In this document: piece after piece, positions 47,446 to 62,179 of the stretch
Numbering within the stretch: the first letter of the stretch is position 1
Layout: every line of letters begins with the position of its first letter
DNA from: an uncultured Bacilli bacterium
GTDB lineage: Bacteria > Bacillota_I > Bacilli_A > RFN20 > CAG-449
Assembly (NCBI GenBank): GCA_947595215.1
Contig: CANQEO010000005.1
Location: 10,776-74,775 of the forward strand
Direction of reading: 5' to 3'
Length of the DNA stretch: 64,000 nucleotides
Program-made: the position numbers and the translations under genes
The notes under the pieces: generated by a model
The model's database searches: none
What the model was told of the DNA's origin: nothing
The model's input: the letters and a program-made list of their open reading frames with translations, nothing else

Positions 47446-47883
47446 TTAAATCATCTCTTCATCAATATATTTTTTCAAACGTACTATTAAATTGTCGTAA
47501 TCGTTTACAATCTCCTTTAAAGGATTATAAAGTTCATCGTCTAATTCGCCATGAGTATATAAAAAGGTAACTCCACCTTTAATGGCCTTACTTAAAGCAT
47601 CAATCGCATCTAATACCAAATAAACATCTTCGCTATATGATTTATTTTCTACCATCACTAAAACTATTTTCTGTTTGAATTTTAATGATGAATCAGGCTC
47701 TTGAAGACGCTTACGGAGTAATTCTTCAACACCTTGTTCGTGAAATAAAAGACGTTCTCTAATTTCTTTCATCAATTCTTTTAGTTCTGGATTACGAGCC
47801 TTATTATAGTAATTTTTAAAAGCTAATTCACCCATTTTAAGACTCGATAGAAATGCGTTTACTAAATCTAATTCTTCTTTCAT
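47446..47883 (-). CDS. Hypothetical cytoplasmic protein.
   Basis: 145 aa, helical, charged, no recognised motif. Confidence 0.4.
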   Translation of the reverse strand: MKEELDLVNAFLSSLKMGELAFKNYYNKARNPELKELMKEIRERLLFHEQGVEELLRKRLQEPDSSLKFKQKIVLVMVENKSYSEDVYLVLDAIDALSKAIKGGVTFLYTHGELDDELYNPLKEIVNDYDNLIVRLKKYIDEEMI

Positions 47884-47935
47884 ACAAATATCACCGATAT
47901 TAGTATGAACAATATTTTGAATTCTAAAAAAACTT

Positions 47936-48484
47936 CTACAAACCTTTAGCCGATTTAATTACTTTATTTAATTTTTCCTCATCCAAATGATCTCCTAAAA
48001 TTTCACGGGCAAATTCAAAAGAAGCGTACATGGCTCTTCCAAAAATGAAATTACCATCTCTAACAACTAATTCTTGTGGCAAATATATTCCACCAAAATT
48101 ATCGCTATTAAAACCAGGAAAACAAGTATACTTCTTACCATGAAGTAATCCTAATTTACCTAATAAAGAAGGAGCTGCGCAAATTGAAGCGATGAGTTTT
48201 CCTTTTTTAGCAAAGGAAGAAATTAAATCTAGAACTACATCATTATCAGTTAATATCTCTTTAACGGCACGACCTCCTGGAATTACTAAATAATCATAAT
48301 CTTCTTCTTTAACGTATTTTAACATAGTTACTGCGTGGACCACTAATCCGCTTTGTGAGGTGACATCTAATTCGTCACTGACACTGGCGGTTGTAACAAA
48401 GTCGCCACCACGAAGTAGAAGATCACGGGTAACTAGAGCTTCGCTATCTTCAAAATAGTCAGCTAATATCATTAATGCTTTCAT
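47936..48484 (-). CDS. DJ-1/PfpI family protein.
   Basis: Nucleophile-elbow 'ICAAP' with a flavodoxin-like fold pattern. Confidence 0.8.
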   Translation of the reverse strand: MKALMILADYFEDSEALVTRDLLLRGGDFVTTASVSDELDVTSQSGLVVHAVTMLKYVKEEDYDYLVIPGGRAVKEILTDNDVVLDLISSFAKKGKLIASICAAPSLLGKLGLLHGKKYTCFPGFNSDNFGGIYLPQELVVRDGNFIFGRAMYASFEFAREILGDHLDEEKLNKVIKSAKGL

Positions 48485-49908
48485 CTTTTCTTCAACTCCT
48501 CACTAACCATTTGACTGGCAATTTGTGGATTTGCTTTACCTTGTGATTTTTTCATTACTTGTCCGATTAAGAAACCCATCGCGCGATCTTTACCATTTTT
48601 AAAATCGATAACAGATTGAGGATTTTCATCAATAACAGAAATGACTAACGCTTTAATTTCATCGAGATTAGAGTTTTGTTTTAATCCGAGTTGATCTGCA
48701 ACTTTACGAGGATCTTCATCACTTACGACAATCTTCTCAAACACTTTTTTTGCTTGAGCGACTGATAATTCTTTCTTCTCAATTAAATCCAATAAATTTA
48801 AGAGATTCTTTGGACTTAATTTCATTTCTTCAATCGTTAACATATTTTTATTTAAGTAAGCGGCTACATCGCCGACTAACCAGTTCCAACTTTGTTTAAT
48901 TAGTGATGGTTTTAATTTAACCATCTCATCAAAATATAGACACATACTGCGGTTTTGAATCATTTGTTCCGCATCTGCTTTTGCTAAACCATCAGCCACA
49001 TAACGAGCAATTTTAGCGTCCGCTAATTCGTTGCATGTCGCAATCGCATTTTCGATAAATTTATGATCTAATTTGATAGGAACGATATTTGGTTCTGGAA
49101 AATATTTGTAATCAACCGAATCGGTTTTCTTACGCATTAAAACCGTTTCTTTTTTACTTTCATCAAAGCGTCTTGTCTCTTGCTCTACTCTATCGCCAGA
49201 AAGAATTAGTTTTGATTGACGCATAATTTCATATTCGATAGCGAGTTTAACATTTGCGGTCGAATTAAGATTTTTAATTTCGACTTTAGTGCCAAATACT
49301 TCACTACCATATGGACGTAAGGAAATATTAATGTCACAACGCAAAGAACCTTCTTCCATTTTTCCATCTGATACATCAGAATAGATAACGATATTTTTAA
49401 TAGCTTCAACATACTTCATCGCTTCTTCGCCACTTCTTAAATCAGGATAAGAAACAATTTCGATAAGTGGAGTGCCCGCACGGTTATAATCTAATAATGA
49501 ACAATCTGCTAAATGAAGCTGTTTACATGTATCTTCTTCCATGTGTAAGCGTTCCACAGCAATCTTACGTTTTTGACCATCAACTTCAATTTCTACATAG
49601 CCTTGTCTTCCAATTGGTCGTTCATTTTGAGTGATTTGATAACCTTTAGGAAGATCGCTATAAAAATAGTTTTTACGATCAAAATGTAATTCGTCATCGA
49701 TGGTCATATGCAGCGCATTTGATACACGTATCGCATTAATTACTGCTTGTTTATTGACAACAGGTAAAGTTCCGGGAAAGGCCATATCAACTGGAGTGAC
49801 TAAAGTATTTGGATCTTTTCCAAATGCGATTGGTGAAGATGAAAACATCTTTGATTTAGTTTTCATCTCAACGTGAATTTCAATTCCGATTACTGCTTCA
49901 AAATTCAT
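48481..49908 (-). CDS. gatB: Asp-tRNA(Asn)/Glu-tRNA(Gln) amidotransferase subunit B.
   Basis: GatB signature along the full length; 4-nt overlap with gatA. Confidence 0.95.
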   Translation of the reverse strand: MNFEAVIGIEIHVEMKTKSKMFSSSPIAFGKDPNTLVTPVDMAFPGTLPVVNKQAVINAIRVSNALHMTIDDELHFDRKNYFYSDLPKGYQITQNERPIGRQGYVEIEVDGQKRKIAVERLHMEEDTCKQLHLADCSLLDYNRAGTPLIEIVSYPDLRSGEEAMKYVEAIKNIVIYSDVSDGKMEEGSLRCDINISLRPYGSEVFGTKVEIKNLNSTANVKLAIEYEIMRQSKLILSGDRVEQETRRFDESKKETVLMRKKTDSVDYKYFPEPNIVPIKLDHKFIENAIATCNELADAKIARYVADGLAKADAEQMIQNRSMCLYFDEMVKLKPSLIKQSWNWLVGDVAAYLNKNMLTIEEMKLSPKNLLNLLDLIEKKELSVAQAKKVFEKIVVSDEDPRKVADQLGLKQNSNLDEIKALVISVIDENPQSVIDFKNGKDRAMGFLIGQVMKKSQGKANPQIASQMVSEELKKR

Positions 49909-51371
49909 TTTAAAATCCTCCCTGCTGTCATGTTCTTATATGGAAGTGCTTTTTCTAAAGCAAATGCTAAATTAAAAGCGTTTTGTTCGTCGAATGCTTT
50001 AGTTGTGATATTAGCACCAAATGGGAAATTATCATCTAGACCTATAGGTAAAGTAATTGATGGTAATCCGCCAAAATTTGCAATTGCTAAATGGTTTTCT
50101 GCAATCAAATATTCATCTGATAATTTATCAGTGACACTATTTTCAAATGGATTACGTGCAGTAGAGACACACGGAACATAAATCGCATCATACTCATTTA
50201 AGATTTCATTGACACGATTGACAATTAAGTGTCTAATCTTTTGCGCCCTTAAGAAAATTTCTTCTTGATTCGATTTGAATAACGAATAACTACCGATGAC
50301 AAATCTTCTTTTAATAAGTTCGCCAAATCCGTTGGTACGAGCATTCATCATTACCTCTTGATATGTTTTTGCATCTCCAAAACGCGGACCAAATTTAACA
50401 CCATCAAGATTAGCATTATTAGATGTTGCTTCAGCACATGAAATAACTAAATAAGTTGGGAACAAAGCATTTAAAAGTTGATGAGAGATACTTACTTCTT
50501 CAACAATGGCTCCTTTCTCCTTAAAAATTTCTATAGTTTTATTAAAGTCTTTTAAAATCTTTTCATCTTTAATCGAGTCCATAATTTCTCTAACTAGCGC
50601 AATCTTTTTACCTTTAATATCACTATTTAAATTACCATAATATTTAGCTACTTCTTTATGAGATGAAGTCATATCCAGTTCATCCCATCCTGCAAGAGTT
50701 TCTAATAAAATCGCACAATCAGCAACTGAACGTGAAAAATAAGCGACGTGATCAAGTGAAGTAGCAAATGGAAACAAACCATAACGTGATATCCGACCCC
50801 AACTTGGTTTAAAACCAACTAAACCACCATAAGATGCTGGTTTTCTTACTGAATCGCCGGTATCGGAACCAAGAGCAAAAGGAACAATTCCAGATGCAAC
50901 AGCTGCTGCCGAACCACATGAAGAACCACCAATCATATAACGATGTGAAGGATCATATGGGTTAAATGTTTTTCCTAAGTGACCGGTAGTACCACTTCCT
51001 CCCATCGCCAATTCATCTAATGTTGTTTTGCCAATCAAAATACACTTTTTATCCTTTAAACGTTTGATAACTGTCGCATCGAAAACTGGAACATAGTCAT
51101 TTAAAATATCACTGCTACCAGTGGTTCGAATGCCTTTAGTAGAAAAATTATCTTTCGCTAAAAATGGAATTCCCCATAGAAGATTATCTACTTCTGGTTC
51201 TTTAAGGTTAGAAGCAAATTCTAAAGCTTCTTGTTCGGCGATTGTTTCAAAAGCGTTATTGTTATCAGCTTTGGCTAATTCTAGAGCTTCTTTTGTTAAA
51301 TCTAATGGTTTAACTTTTTTACTCACCAATAATTCGTGTAATTCTAAGATATTTTTATCCATATAGGCCAT
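49905..51371 (-). CDS. gatA: Asp-tRNA(Asn)/Glu-tRNA(Gln) amidotransferase subunit A.
   Basis: Amidase signature 'GGSSGGSAAAVA'. Confidence 0.95.
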   Translation of the reverse strand: MAYMDKNILELHELLVSKKVKPLDLTKEALELAKADNNNAFETIAEQEALEFASNLKEPEVDNLLWGIPFLAKDNFSTKGIRTTGSSDILNDYVPVFDATVIKRLKDKKCILIGKTTLDELAMGGSGTTGHLGKTFNPYDPSHRYMIGGSSCGSAAAVASGIVPFALGSDTGDSVRKPASYGGLVGFKPSWGRISRYGLFPFATSLDHVAYFSRSVADCAILLETLAGWDELDMTSSHKEVAKYYGNLNSDIKGKKIALVREIMDSIKDEKILKDFNKTIEIFKEKGAIVEEVSISHQLLNALFPTYLVISCAEATSNNANLDGVKFGPRFGDAKTYQEVMMNARTNGFGELIKRRFVIGSYSLFKSNQEEIFLRAQKIRHLIVNRVNEILNEYDAIYVPCVSTARNPFENSVTDKLSDEYLIAENHLAIANFGGLPSITLPIGLDDNFPFGANITTKAFDEQNAFNLAFALEKALPYKNMTAGRILK

Positions 51372-51373
51372 AT

Positions 51374-55864
<4,491 letters not shown>

Positions 55865-55958
55865 AATCTCACCGCTAATCTTTCTATGAAAGATTATAAC
55901 ATAGAAAAATTTAGGCTTCAATTTATAGTTATAGCAGTCTATTAAAATTCACTTTTCT

Positions 55959-56330
55959 TTATAAAGAAAATAGAAAATCTCGAACTTCATAAAATCCTAA
56001 ATAATAATTTGTGGCAATATAATTTTTAATTTCAAGTAGAAAAGGAACTCGATAAATACTTATTATTTCATTATCTATAACAATTTTTGAATCGCGTGGA
56101 ACTTTATTAAAATCCAAATAATAAATATCAAAAATTTTCTTTTTTTGAAGATAGTTAATAATATTTTTAATATCTCGGCAAGCTATACAAGTATCTAAAT
56201 AAATTAATACTAAATAATATGGGCTCGTTTGCTTCAATATCTCATCATAAGTGATATTTATTTTAAAATTTTCTCTTTGGATACAACTCAATAACAATGT
56301 TGAAATTAATGCTATTAATATTTTTCTCAT
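55959..56330 (-). CDS. Putative thioredoxin-like lipoprotein (CxxC).
   Basis: Signal peptide with lipobox 'LLSC' and a 'DTCIACRD' CxxC motif; 123 aa. Confidence 0.45.
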   Translation of the reverse strand: MRKILIALISTLLLSCIQRENFKINITYDEILKQTSPYYLVLIYLDTCIACRDIKNIINYLQKKKIFDIYYLDFNKVPRDSKIVIDNEIISIYRVPFLLEIKNYIATNYYLGFYEVRDFLFSL

Positions 56331-56393
56331 ATTATTGCAATAGGACATTTTACGAGATTTGATAAACATGTTAAAATGAATTGAGGTATTTTT

Positions 56394-57275
56394 ATGAATA
56401 ATTCTGTACGCTCAATTTCCTTTATTGCTATGATATGCGCTTTAAATTGTGTGTTTCTTTTAATCTCGAATTATCTTCCTTTTGCTTCTTTGATTCTGAC
56501 TATCGGAATTCCAATCATCACATGTCTTTCTTCAATGAGGCTTTCATATCGCTATAATGCTCTTTATATTTTTGCTACTTGTTTAATATCTTTAATTGAT
56601 TTTCAAAATGCAATCTTTTATATATTTCCAGGAGTAATTGCTGGTACAATCTTTGGAGTGATGATTAAAAATGCTTGTCATTCTTTGCACATAGTTATTA
56701 TTTCTTCAATTATATCTTTGATTCTATATGTCCTTGCAAACTATATAATCGATTTTCTATATCAAGTTAATATGATGGAGCTTTTCGCAATATTTTTAAA
56801 TATTCCTTTTGATACTTTTAAAAAGATATCATTGGCATTTTTCTATATTATCGCTTTAGCTCAAACACTATTTACTTTGATAATATTAAATGGTGAAACA
56901 AAAAGATTGAAAGTAACTATTAACCAAGAACTTACAATAATGCATTCAAGTTTGTGGATGCTTATAGGCTCTATTATCGGTACAATCATTTGTTATTTTA
57001 TTTATTACCCTTTAGCTTTAGTTTTCTTAATCATTTCGATTATGATGAGCATCAGTGTTATCGCACATTTAACATTAAAAAATGATAAATCAAAACAAAT
57101 GATTATTTTATTTGTGATTCTATTTGTAGGGGTAATTATCACTTCATTGATTGTTTTTAATAACTTAAGCAAGGAACAATTAGCACTTCTTCCTCTACTA
57201 TATACATTTGTACCATTTCTTGTAGGTATCATTTCGATTATTATCAATAAGAATAAACATCATAAATTTAGATGA
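56394..57275 (+). CDS. Polytopic membrane protein of unknown function.
   Basis: 293 aa, about 8 TM helices. Confidence 0.5.
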   Translation: MNNSVRSISFIAMICALNCVFLLISNYLPFASLILTIGIPIITCLSSMRLSYRYNALYIFATCLISLIDFQNAIFYIFPGVIAGTIFGVMIKNACHSLHIVIISSIISLILYVLANYIIDFLYQVNMMELFAIFLNIPFDTFKKISLAFFYIIALAQTLFTLIILNGETKRLKVTINQELTIMHSSLWMLIGSIIGTIICYFIYYPLALVFLIISIMMSISVIAHLTLKNDKSKQMIILFVILFVGVIITSLIVFNNLSKEQLALLPLLYTFVPFLVGIISIIINKNKHHKFR

Positions 57276-57333
57276 ATACATGTTTGTAAAAGAATCAAAA
57301 AAGCGCTAAAATTATATTCAAAGAGGTGATGAT

Positions 57334-57780
57334 ATGAAAGATTTTATAAAGACTTTCTTAACTGGGTTATTAGTCATAATTTTATCACCTTTTATCGTGG
57401 TTTTTTTTGGTTTAGCAACAGTTTTCGCGGTTTTCCTATTTTTTGTGATGTTTATAAAACATATTATTTTATTCTTTAAAGGACATAACATGAAAGAACC
57501 GATGGGTATCGATGAAGAAGCTAGTCGCCGTCTTAAAGCATTGACTGCTCCAAGTAATGAAACTCAAGTCACGAAAGAAGCTCCTACTACAGTTGTTCAG
57601 CCACAACCTCAACAAGTAATTATTCAATCGATGCCCGGTACCGTGATATCAACTGGTGTCGGACCAAATGGACAGCCAATTATTATCGCTAATAATCAAC
57701 AAGCATTCCAAAATGTTGAAACCAATAATGAAACTAATCCTTACTTATCTGACAAAGTGGAGGATAAAAATCATGATTAA
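57334..57780 (+). CDS. Membrane protein with a Q/P/T-rich C-terminal tail.
   Basis: Two N-terminal TM helices and a low-complexity C-terminus (…QPQPQQVIIQSMPG…). Confidence 0.5.
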   Translation: MKDFIKTFLTGLLVIILSPFIVVFFGLATVFAVFLFFVMFIKHIILFFKGHNMKEPMGIDEEASRRLKALTAPSNETQVTKEAPTTVVQPQPQQVIIQSMPGTVISTGVGPNGQPIIIANNQQAFQNVETNNETNPYLSDKVEDKNHD

Positions 57781-58417
57781 TATTTTAATAAAATTATCTG
57801 AAAATGATAAACGCATCCTTATCGCGCTTATATTAGTTATTCTTCTTGTCGTTATTATCGTTGGTTATCTTACTAAACTTATAAGGTATATTATGAGGAA
57901 ACAAGGACGAGTAATCGACAACATGATGGTAGATATCGTACGCACTAATCTTGTTTCTAATCCTAAAGAATTTAAAAAGGTTGCTAGAGAGAAAAACTTT
58001 AGACACTTCTATTTTCAAGCATTGCCACCGATGTGTGTATTATTACTTCTGGTGATTATCCTTGGTTTATATCAAATATTTACAGAAAAAACTAATCTTG
58101 ATTATATTTTTTATTACCTTTCAGAAATGTCAATCGAACTTGAATGGCCAACCTCATATTTCTTCGGTATTAATATCATTTCTGATTGGCCAACTATTGT
58201 AAATGGACCTACGTTCTATTTTAATTTCGATAGCATAATTGCTTATGTTTCTTTATTAGTCATAATTTATTTTACTATTCACTTTTTAATTTGTGTTCAA
58301 GCGTTAATCGCTAGAGAAATTCGTATATCAAAAGCAGCAGTTTCTGTATTCCAAAAAGATCTTGATGCTCTCCCTAAAAATCTCAATCAAAATTTAACAG
58401 ATACTAATCACAATTAA
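57773..58417 (+). CDS. Membrane protein of unknown function.
   Basis: The start ATG at 57773 overlaps the upstream stop (ATGATTAA), with RBS GGAGG. There are 3 TM helices. The ORF-track start at 57656 is out of context and overlaps the previous gene. Confidence 0.5.
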   Translation: MINILIKLSENDKRILIALILVILLVVIIVGYLTKLIRYIMRKQGRVIDNMMVDIVRTNLVSNPKEFKKVAREKNFRHFYFQALPPMCVLLLLVIILGLYQIFTEKTNLDYIFYYLSEMSIELEWPTSYFFGINIISDWPTIVNGPTFYFNFDSIIAYVSLLVIIYFTIHFLICVQALIAREIRISKAAVSVFQKDLDALPKNLNQNLTDTNHN

Positions 58418-58535
58418 TTATAGTCTTATTAATATAAATAGATTTACTCAAATTTGCAAATGGAACATACTAGAAAAATTGCATTGAACAAAAATCCTCA
58501 AATTAACGAATTTGAGGATTTATTTATATAAACAC

Positions 58536-59525
58536 TTATTTATCTTGATATCCGTCTTTATGCAATTGATAGAAATGATAAGCAGTTCCAATCATTTCTT
58601 TTAAAGAATATTGCGGTTTCCATTTTAAAACTTCTTTTGCCTTCTTTGATGAAGCGATAAGAATCGCCGGATCACCAGCACGACGTGCGACTACTTTTTT
58701 AGCAATTTTTTCGCCTACTACTTCTTCCGCAGTAACAATCATCTCTTTAACAGAGAATCCTTCTTCAGAACCTAAATTGAAAATATCAGAATTATTTCCC
58801 GCCATTAAGTATTCAAGTGCTTTAATATGAGCATCAATTAAATCGACAACGTGAATATAATCTCTAATACAAGTTCCATCAGGGGTATCATAATTATCAC
58901 CGAAAATTGAAATGCATTCTCTCTTTTTAAGTGGCACTTGAAGAATTAATGGAATGAGATGAGTTTCCGGATTATGATCTTCACCGATTTCTCCAGTTGG
59001 GAAAGCACCAGCAACATTAAAGTATCGAAGCGAAACATATTTTACACCATAAGCGATATCAGCCCACTTCATCATTTTTTCCATTTGAAGTTTTGTTTCA
59101 CCATAGGTACATTCCGGATTAGGAAGAGCTTCTTCAGTTATCGGAAATACTTTTTGTTCACCATAAACAGCCGCGGAAGAGGAAAACACGATTTTTTTAA
59201 CATTGTTAGCAACCATCGCTTTTAATAAGACCAAAGTACCATTGACGTTATTATCGAAATAATCGATTGGTTCTACCATTGAGACACCGACAAGTGATTT
59301 CGCGGCAAAGTGTATTACTGCTGAAACATTCTCTTTTTTAAATACTTTATCTAAAAAATCATAGTCTCTAATATCACCTTCATAAAAAGAAGCTCGTGGT
59401 TCTATAGCCTTGCGATGACCAGTAGATAAGTTGTCAACGATAACAACATCATAACCTCGATCCACTAAAATCTTTGAGCAGTGACTTCCAATGTATCCCG
59501 CTCCACCAACTACCATTACTTTCAT
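58536..59525 (-). CDS. galE: UDP-glucose 4-epimerase.
   Basis: 'GGAGYIGSH' Rossmann motif and YxxxK; 329 aa. Confidence 0.9.
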   Translation of the reverse strand: MKVMVVGGAGYIGSHCSKILVDRGYDVVIVDNLSTGHRKAIEPRASFYEGDIRDYDFLDKVFKKENVSAVIHFAAKSLVGVSMVEPIDYFDNNVNGTLVLLKAMVANNVKKIVFSSSAAVYGEQKVFPITEEALPNPECTYGETKLQMEKMMKWADIAYGVKYVSLRYFNVAGAFPTGEIGEDHNPETHLIPLILQVPLKKRECISIFGDNYDTPDGTCIRDYIHVVDLIDAHIKALEYLMAGNNSDIFNLGSEEGFSVKEMIVTAEEVVGEKIAKKVVARRAGDPAILIASSKKAKEVLKWKPQYSLKEMIGTAYHFYQLHKDGYQDK

Positions 59526-59534
59526 AAATACCTC

Positions 59535-60623
59535 CTAAAGTTTTAATAGTTTCATAATTTCTGTTATTGTGTAATTTTCATTTACACGGTATGTTAACTT
59601 TCCAAAATCATTATTGCTTTTCCAAGAAGTTACATCACAAGAAAAATTAACATCTTCCAAACAATATCCGGCATTAGTTAAACTTCCACCAAGTTCACGA
59701 ATATAAGTATCCTCATCATAATTATTAAGAGCATTTTCACTAACAATTCTATTACCATTCAAATAATTGTCATTTTCAGATAAATGAGCACTAGCAATGA
59801 CATTAGCAGCATTTTTATCTAATATTATGGCATATGAAGATTTAGTATTGTAGATATCTCCTATGTAATCTTCAAAGGTAAACTTTACTAAGCGCAATTG
59901 TTCTGAAGTGATAGCATCTAGATTTTCACTATTACCGATAATAACAGCATCGTAATAATCTTCACTAATGCTATTTACTTCTTTAACAGAAATCACTAAA
60001 CATGGACTAGTAATTTTATTTTTAATAGTAATTCTTTTTCTTATGCCATTTTCAGGAAGCGTATAGATAGTTTTTTCGATTGAAGTTTGACTATTAAGCT
60101 TTAAGATTTTTTGTGGTTCATTAACGTGATAATTTTCACCAAGTTCATAACTTGAAACGATATAATCACCTTCACTTAAGACTCTTAGATCATATCCGCC
60201 ATCAAGATGCGATTTATCGATAATTCTATCATTCTTAATCTCATATTGGGCTTTCTCAGAAACATTGATAAATACCAAACGATCAAATGAAGTATAGTAA
60301 GAAGCATCCATATGATATTCACTCAAATGAAGATAACTTCCATAGACACTATAATCATTGACCATTATTGTTTCACCGATAAATTGGTCATAAATCTCTT
60401 TAGATTCAGCTTCAGTCTTATTGCGAATTAATATGATATCTCCTTCTTTTTCCGAAAAATAAGTACGGAAAAATGAATATGCAATATCTCCAATAGAATA
60501 AAGAAGATAGGCTAAGATAATTGCATTTAGTATGATTAAAATACCACGCACTCTCTTTTTTTGATGTACACGTCTTTTAAACTCTTTAAGTTCTTCATCT
60601 TCAAGTAAACTTTCTTCTTCCAT
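59535..60623 (-). CDS. Membrane-anchored hypothetical protein.
   Basis: Acidic N-terminus, one TM helix, and a ~300-aa extracytoplasmic domain with no motif. Confidence 0.45.
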   Translation of the reverse strand: MEEESLLEDEELKEFKRRVHQKKRVRGILIILNAIILAYLLYSIGDIAYSFFRTYFSEKEGDIILIRNKTEAESKEIYDQFIGETIMVNDYSVYGSYLHLSEYHMDASYYTSFDRLVFINVSEKAQYEIKNDRIIDKSHLDGGYDLRVLSEGDYIVSSYELGENYHVNEPQKILKLNSQTSIEKTIYTLPENGIRKRITIKNKITSPCLVISVKEVNSISEDYYDAVIIGNSENLDAITSEQLRLVKFTFEDYIGDIYNTKSSYAIILDKNAANVIASAHLSENDNYLNGNRIVSENALNNYDEDTYIRELGGSLTNAGYCLEDVNFSCDVTSWKSNNDFGKLTYRVNENYTITEIMKLLKL

Positions 60624-60637
60624 AATCTCTCTCTTAA

Positions 60638-62029
60638 TTAATATAGTAAATTACGATAAGTGCGTGGGAATGGGGTCACATCACGGATGTTGTTGATTCC
60701 TGACAAGTACATAATTAAACGATCAAAACCGATACCAAATCCAGCGTGTTTACATCCACCAAAGCGACGTAAATCTAAATACCAATCATAGGCTGGAATA
60801 TCCATTTTCAATTCTTCCATGCGCTTCACAAGTAAATCATAACGTTCTTCACGTTGAGAACCACCGACAAGTTCGCCAACACCTGGAACCAATAAATCAC
60901 AAGCAGCAACTGTTTTGTTATCATCATTTAAGCGCATATAGAAAGCTTTTATATCTTTCGGATAATCCGTTAAGAACACTGGTCCATTTACCACTTGTTC
61001 AGTGATATATCTTTCATGTTCGCTTTGTAAATCCATACCCCATTTGATATCATCTACCTCAAACTTATGACCATTTTCTTTAGCTTTTAATAAAATATCA
61101 ATAGCTTCAGTGTATGTCATCTTTTTAAATGGAGTAGTAAGAACATGATTTAATCTGTTTAATAAATCTTTATCGATGAAATCGTTAAAGAATTTCATTT
61201 CTTCTTTGGCATTTTCAAGTACATAATTAATGCAATAGACAACGCAGTCTTCAATTAAAGCCATGTTATCTTCCAAATCTGCAAAAGCGATTTCTGGTTC
61301 AATCATCCAGAATTCAGCCGCGTGACGAGTAGTGTTTGATTTTTCAGCCCGGAAAGTGGGTCCGAATGTATAAACATCTCTAAAGGCCATACAGAAAGCT
61401 TCAACTTGGAGTTGTCCTGTGACCGCTAGAGTTGACTTTTTTCCAAAGAATGCATTTGGATCTTTTCCATCGATAGTAACGTTGAACATTTCTCCAGCAC
61501 CTTCACCATCATTCGAGGTGATAAGCGGAGTATGAACATAAACAAATCCTTGGCTTTGAAAGAATTCGTGAATCGCCATTGATAACACACTTCTTAATCT
61601 AAACACAGCATTAAAAGTGTTAGTGCGTGGACGAAGGTGAGCGATTTCACGTAAATATTCAAAAGTATGTCTTTTCTTTTGTAATGGATAACTAGGATCA
61701 ACTTCCCCTTCAATTTCAAAAGACATCAATTTAATTTCAAATGGTTGTTTATTGTTTGGAGTTAAAACAAATTTTCCTTTTATTGAAATAGCGGTACCAC
61801 TCAATAAATGTGTTAACTTATCGTAATCTTCTATTTCATTACGATTATAAACAAGTTGTGCATTTTTAAAATAAGTACCATCGTTCAATTCGATAAATCC
61901 GATAGAACCATTATCACGATTAGTCCTAATCCAACCATCTAATTCAATTTCATTAATCGAATCTTTAAGCAAGTGATCACCATAATAACAAGCTTCATAT
62001 AATTCTCTTACGGTTTTAAATTCACACAT
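60638..62029 (-). CDS. asnS: Asparagine--tRNA ligase.
   Basis: Class II aaRS motifs 'FRAE', 'GFGIGFDRL' and an N-terminal OB fold; 463 aa. Confidence 0.95.
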   Translation of the reverse strand: MCEFKTVRELYEACYYGDHLLKDSINEIELDGWIRTNRDNGSIGFIELNDGTYFKNAQLVYNRNEIEDYDKLTHLLSGTAISIKGKFVLTPNNKQPFEIKLMSFEIEGEVDPSYPLQKKRHTFEYLREIAHLRPRTNTFNAVFRLRSVLSMAIHEFFQSQGFVYVHTPLITSNDGEGAGEMFNVTIDGKDPNAFFGKKSTLAVTGQLQVEAFCMAFRDVYTFGPTFRAEKSNTTRHAAEFWMIEPEIAFADLEDNMALIEDCVVYCINYVLENAKEEMKFFNDFIDKDLLNRLNHVLTTPFKKMTYTEAIDILLKAKENGHKFEVDDIKWGMDLQSEHERYITEQVVNGPVFLTDYPKDIKAFYMRLNDDNKTVAACDLLVPGVGELVGGSQREERYDLLVKRMEELKMDIPAYDWYLDLRRFGGCKHAGFGIGFDRLIMYLSGINNIRDVTPFPRTYRNLLY

Positions 62030-62179
62030 ACGATTTCCTCCGTAATTATAAAATTAATTAACATATTTATTATACATGAAACAGCATAAAAATAAATGGA
62101 TTTTTGACTAATCAATATCAAAAATATTGTTCATTTTTTTATAAAGCCACTATTGATATGTTGAAAGGAAAATTTTTTT

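Noticed and set aside
62030-62179. A possible T-box leader upstream of asnS.
   Set aside because: Only 150 nt are available, and I found no specifier-loop/T-box (AAUUAGGGUGGNACCGCG-like) sequence.
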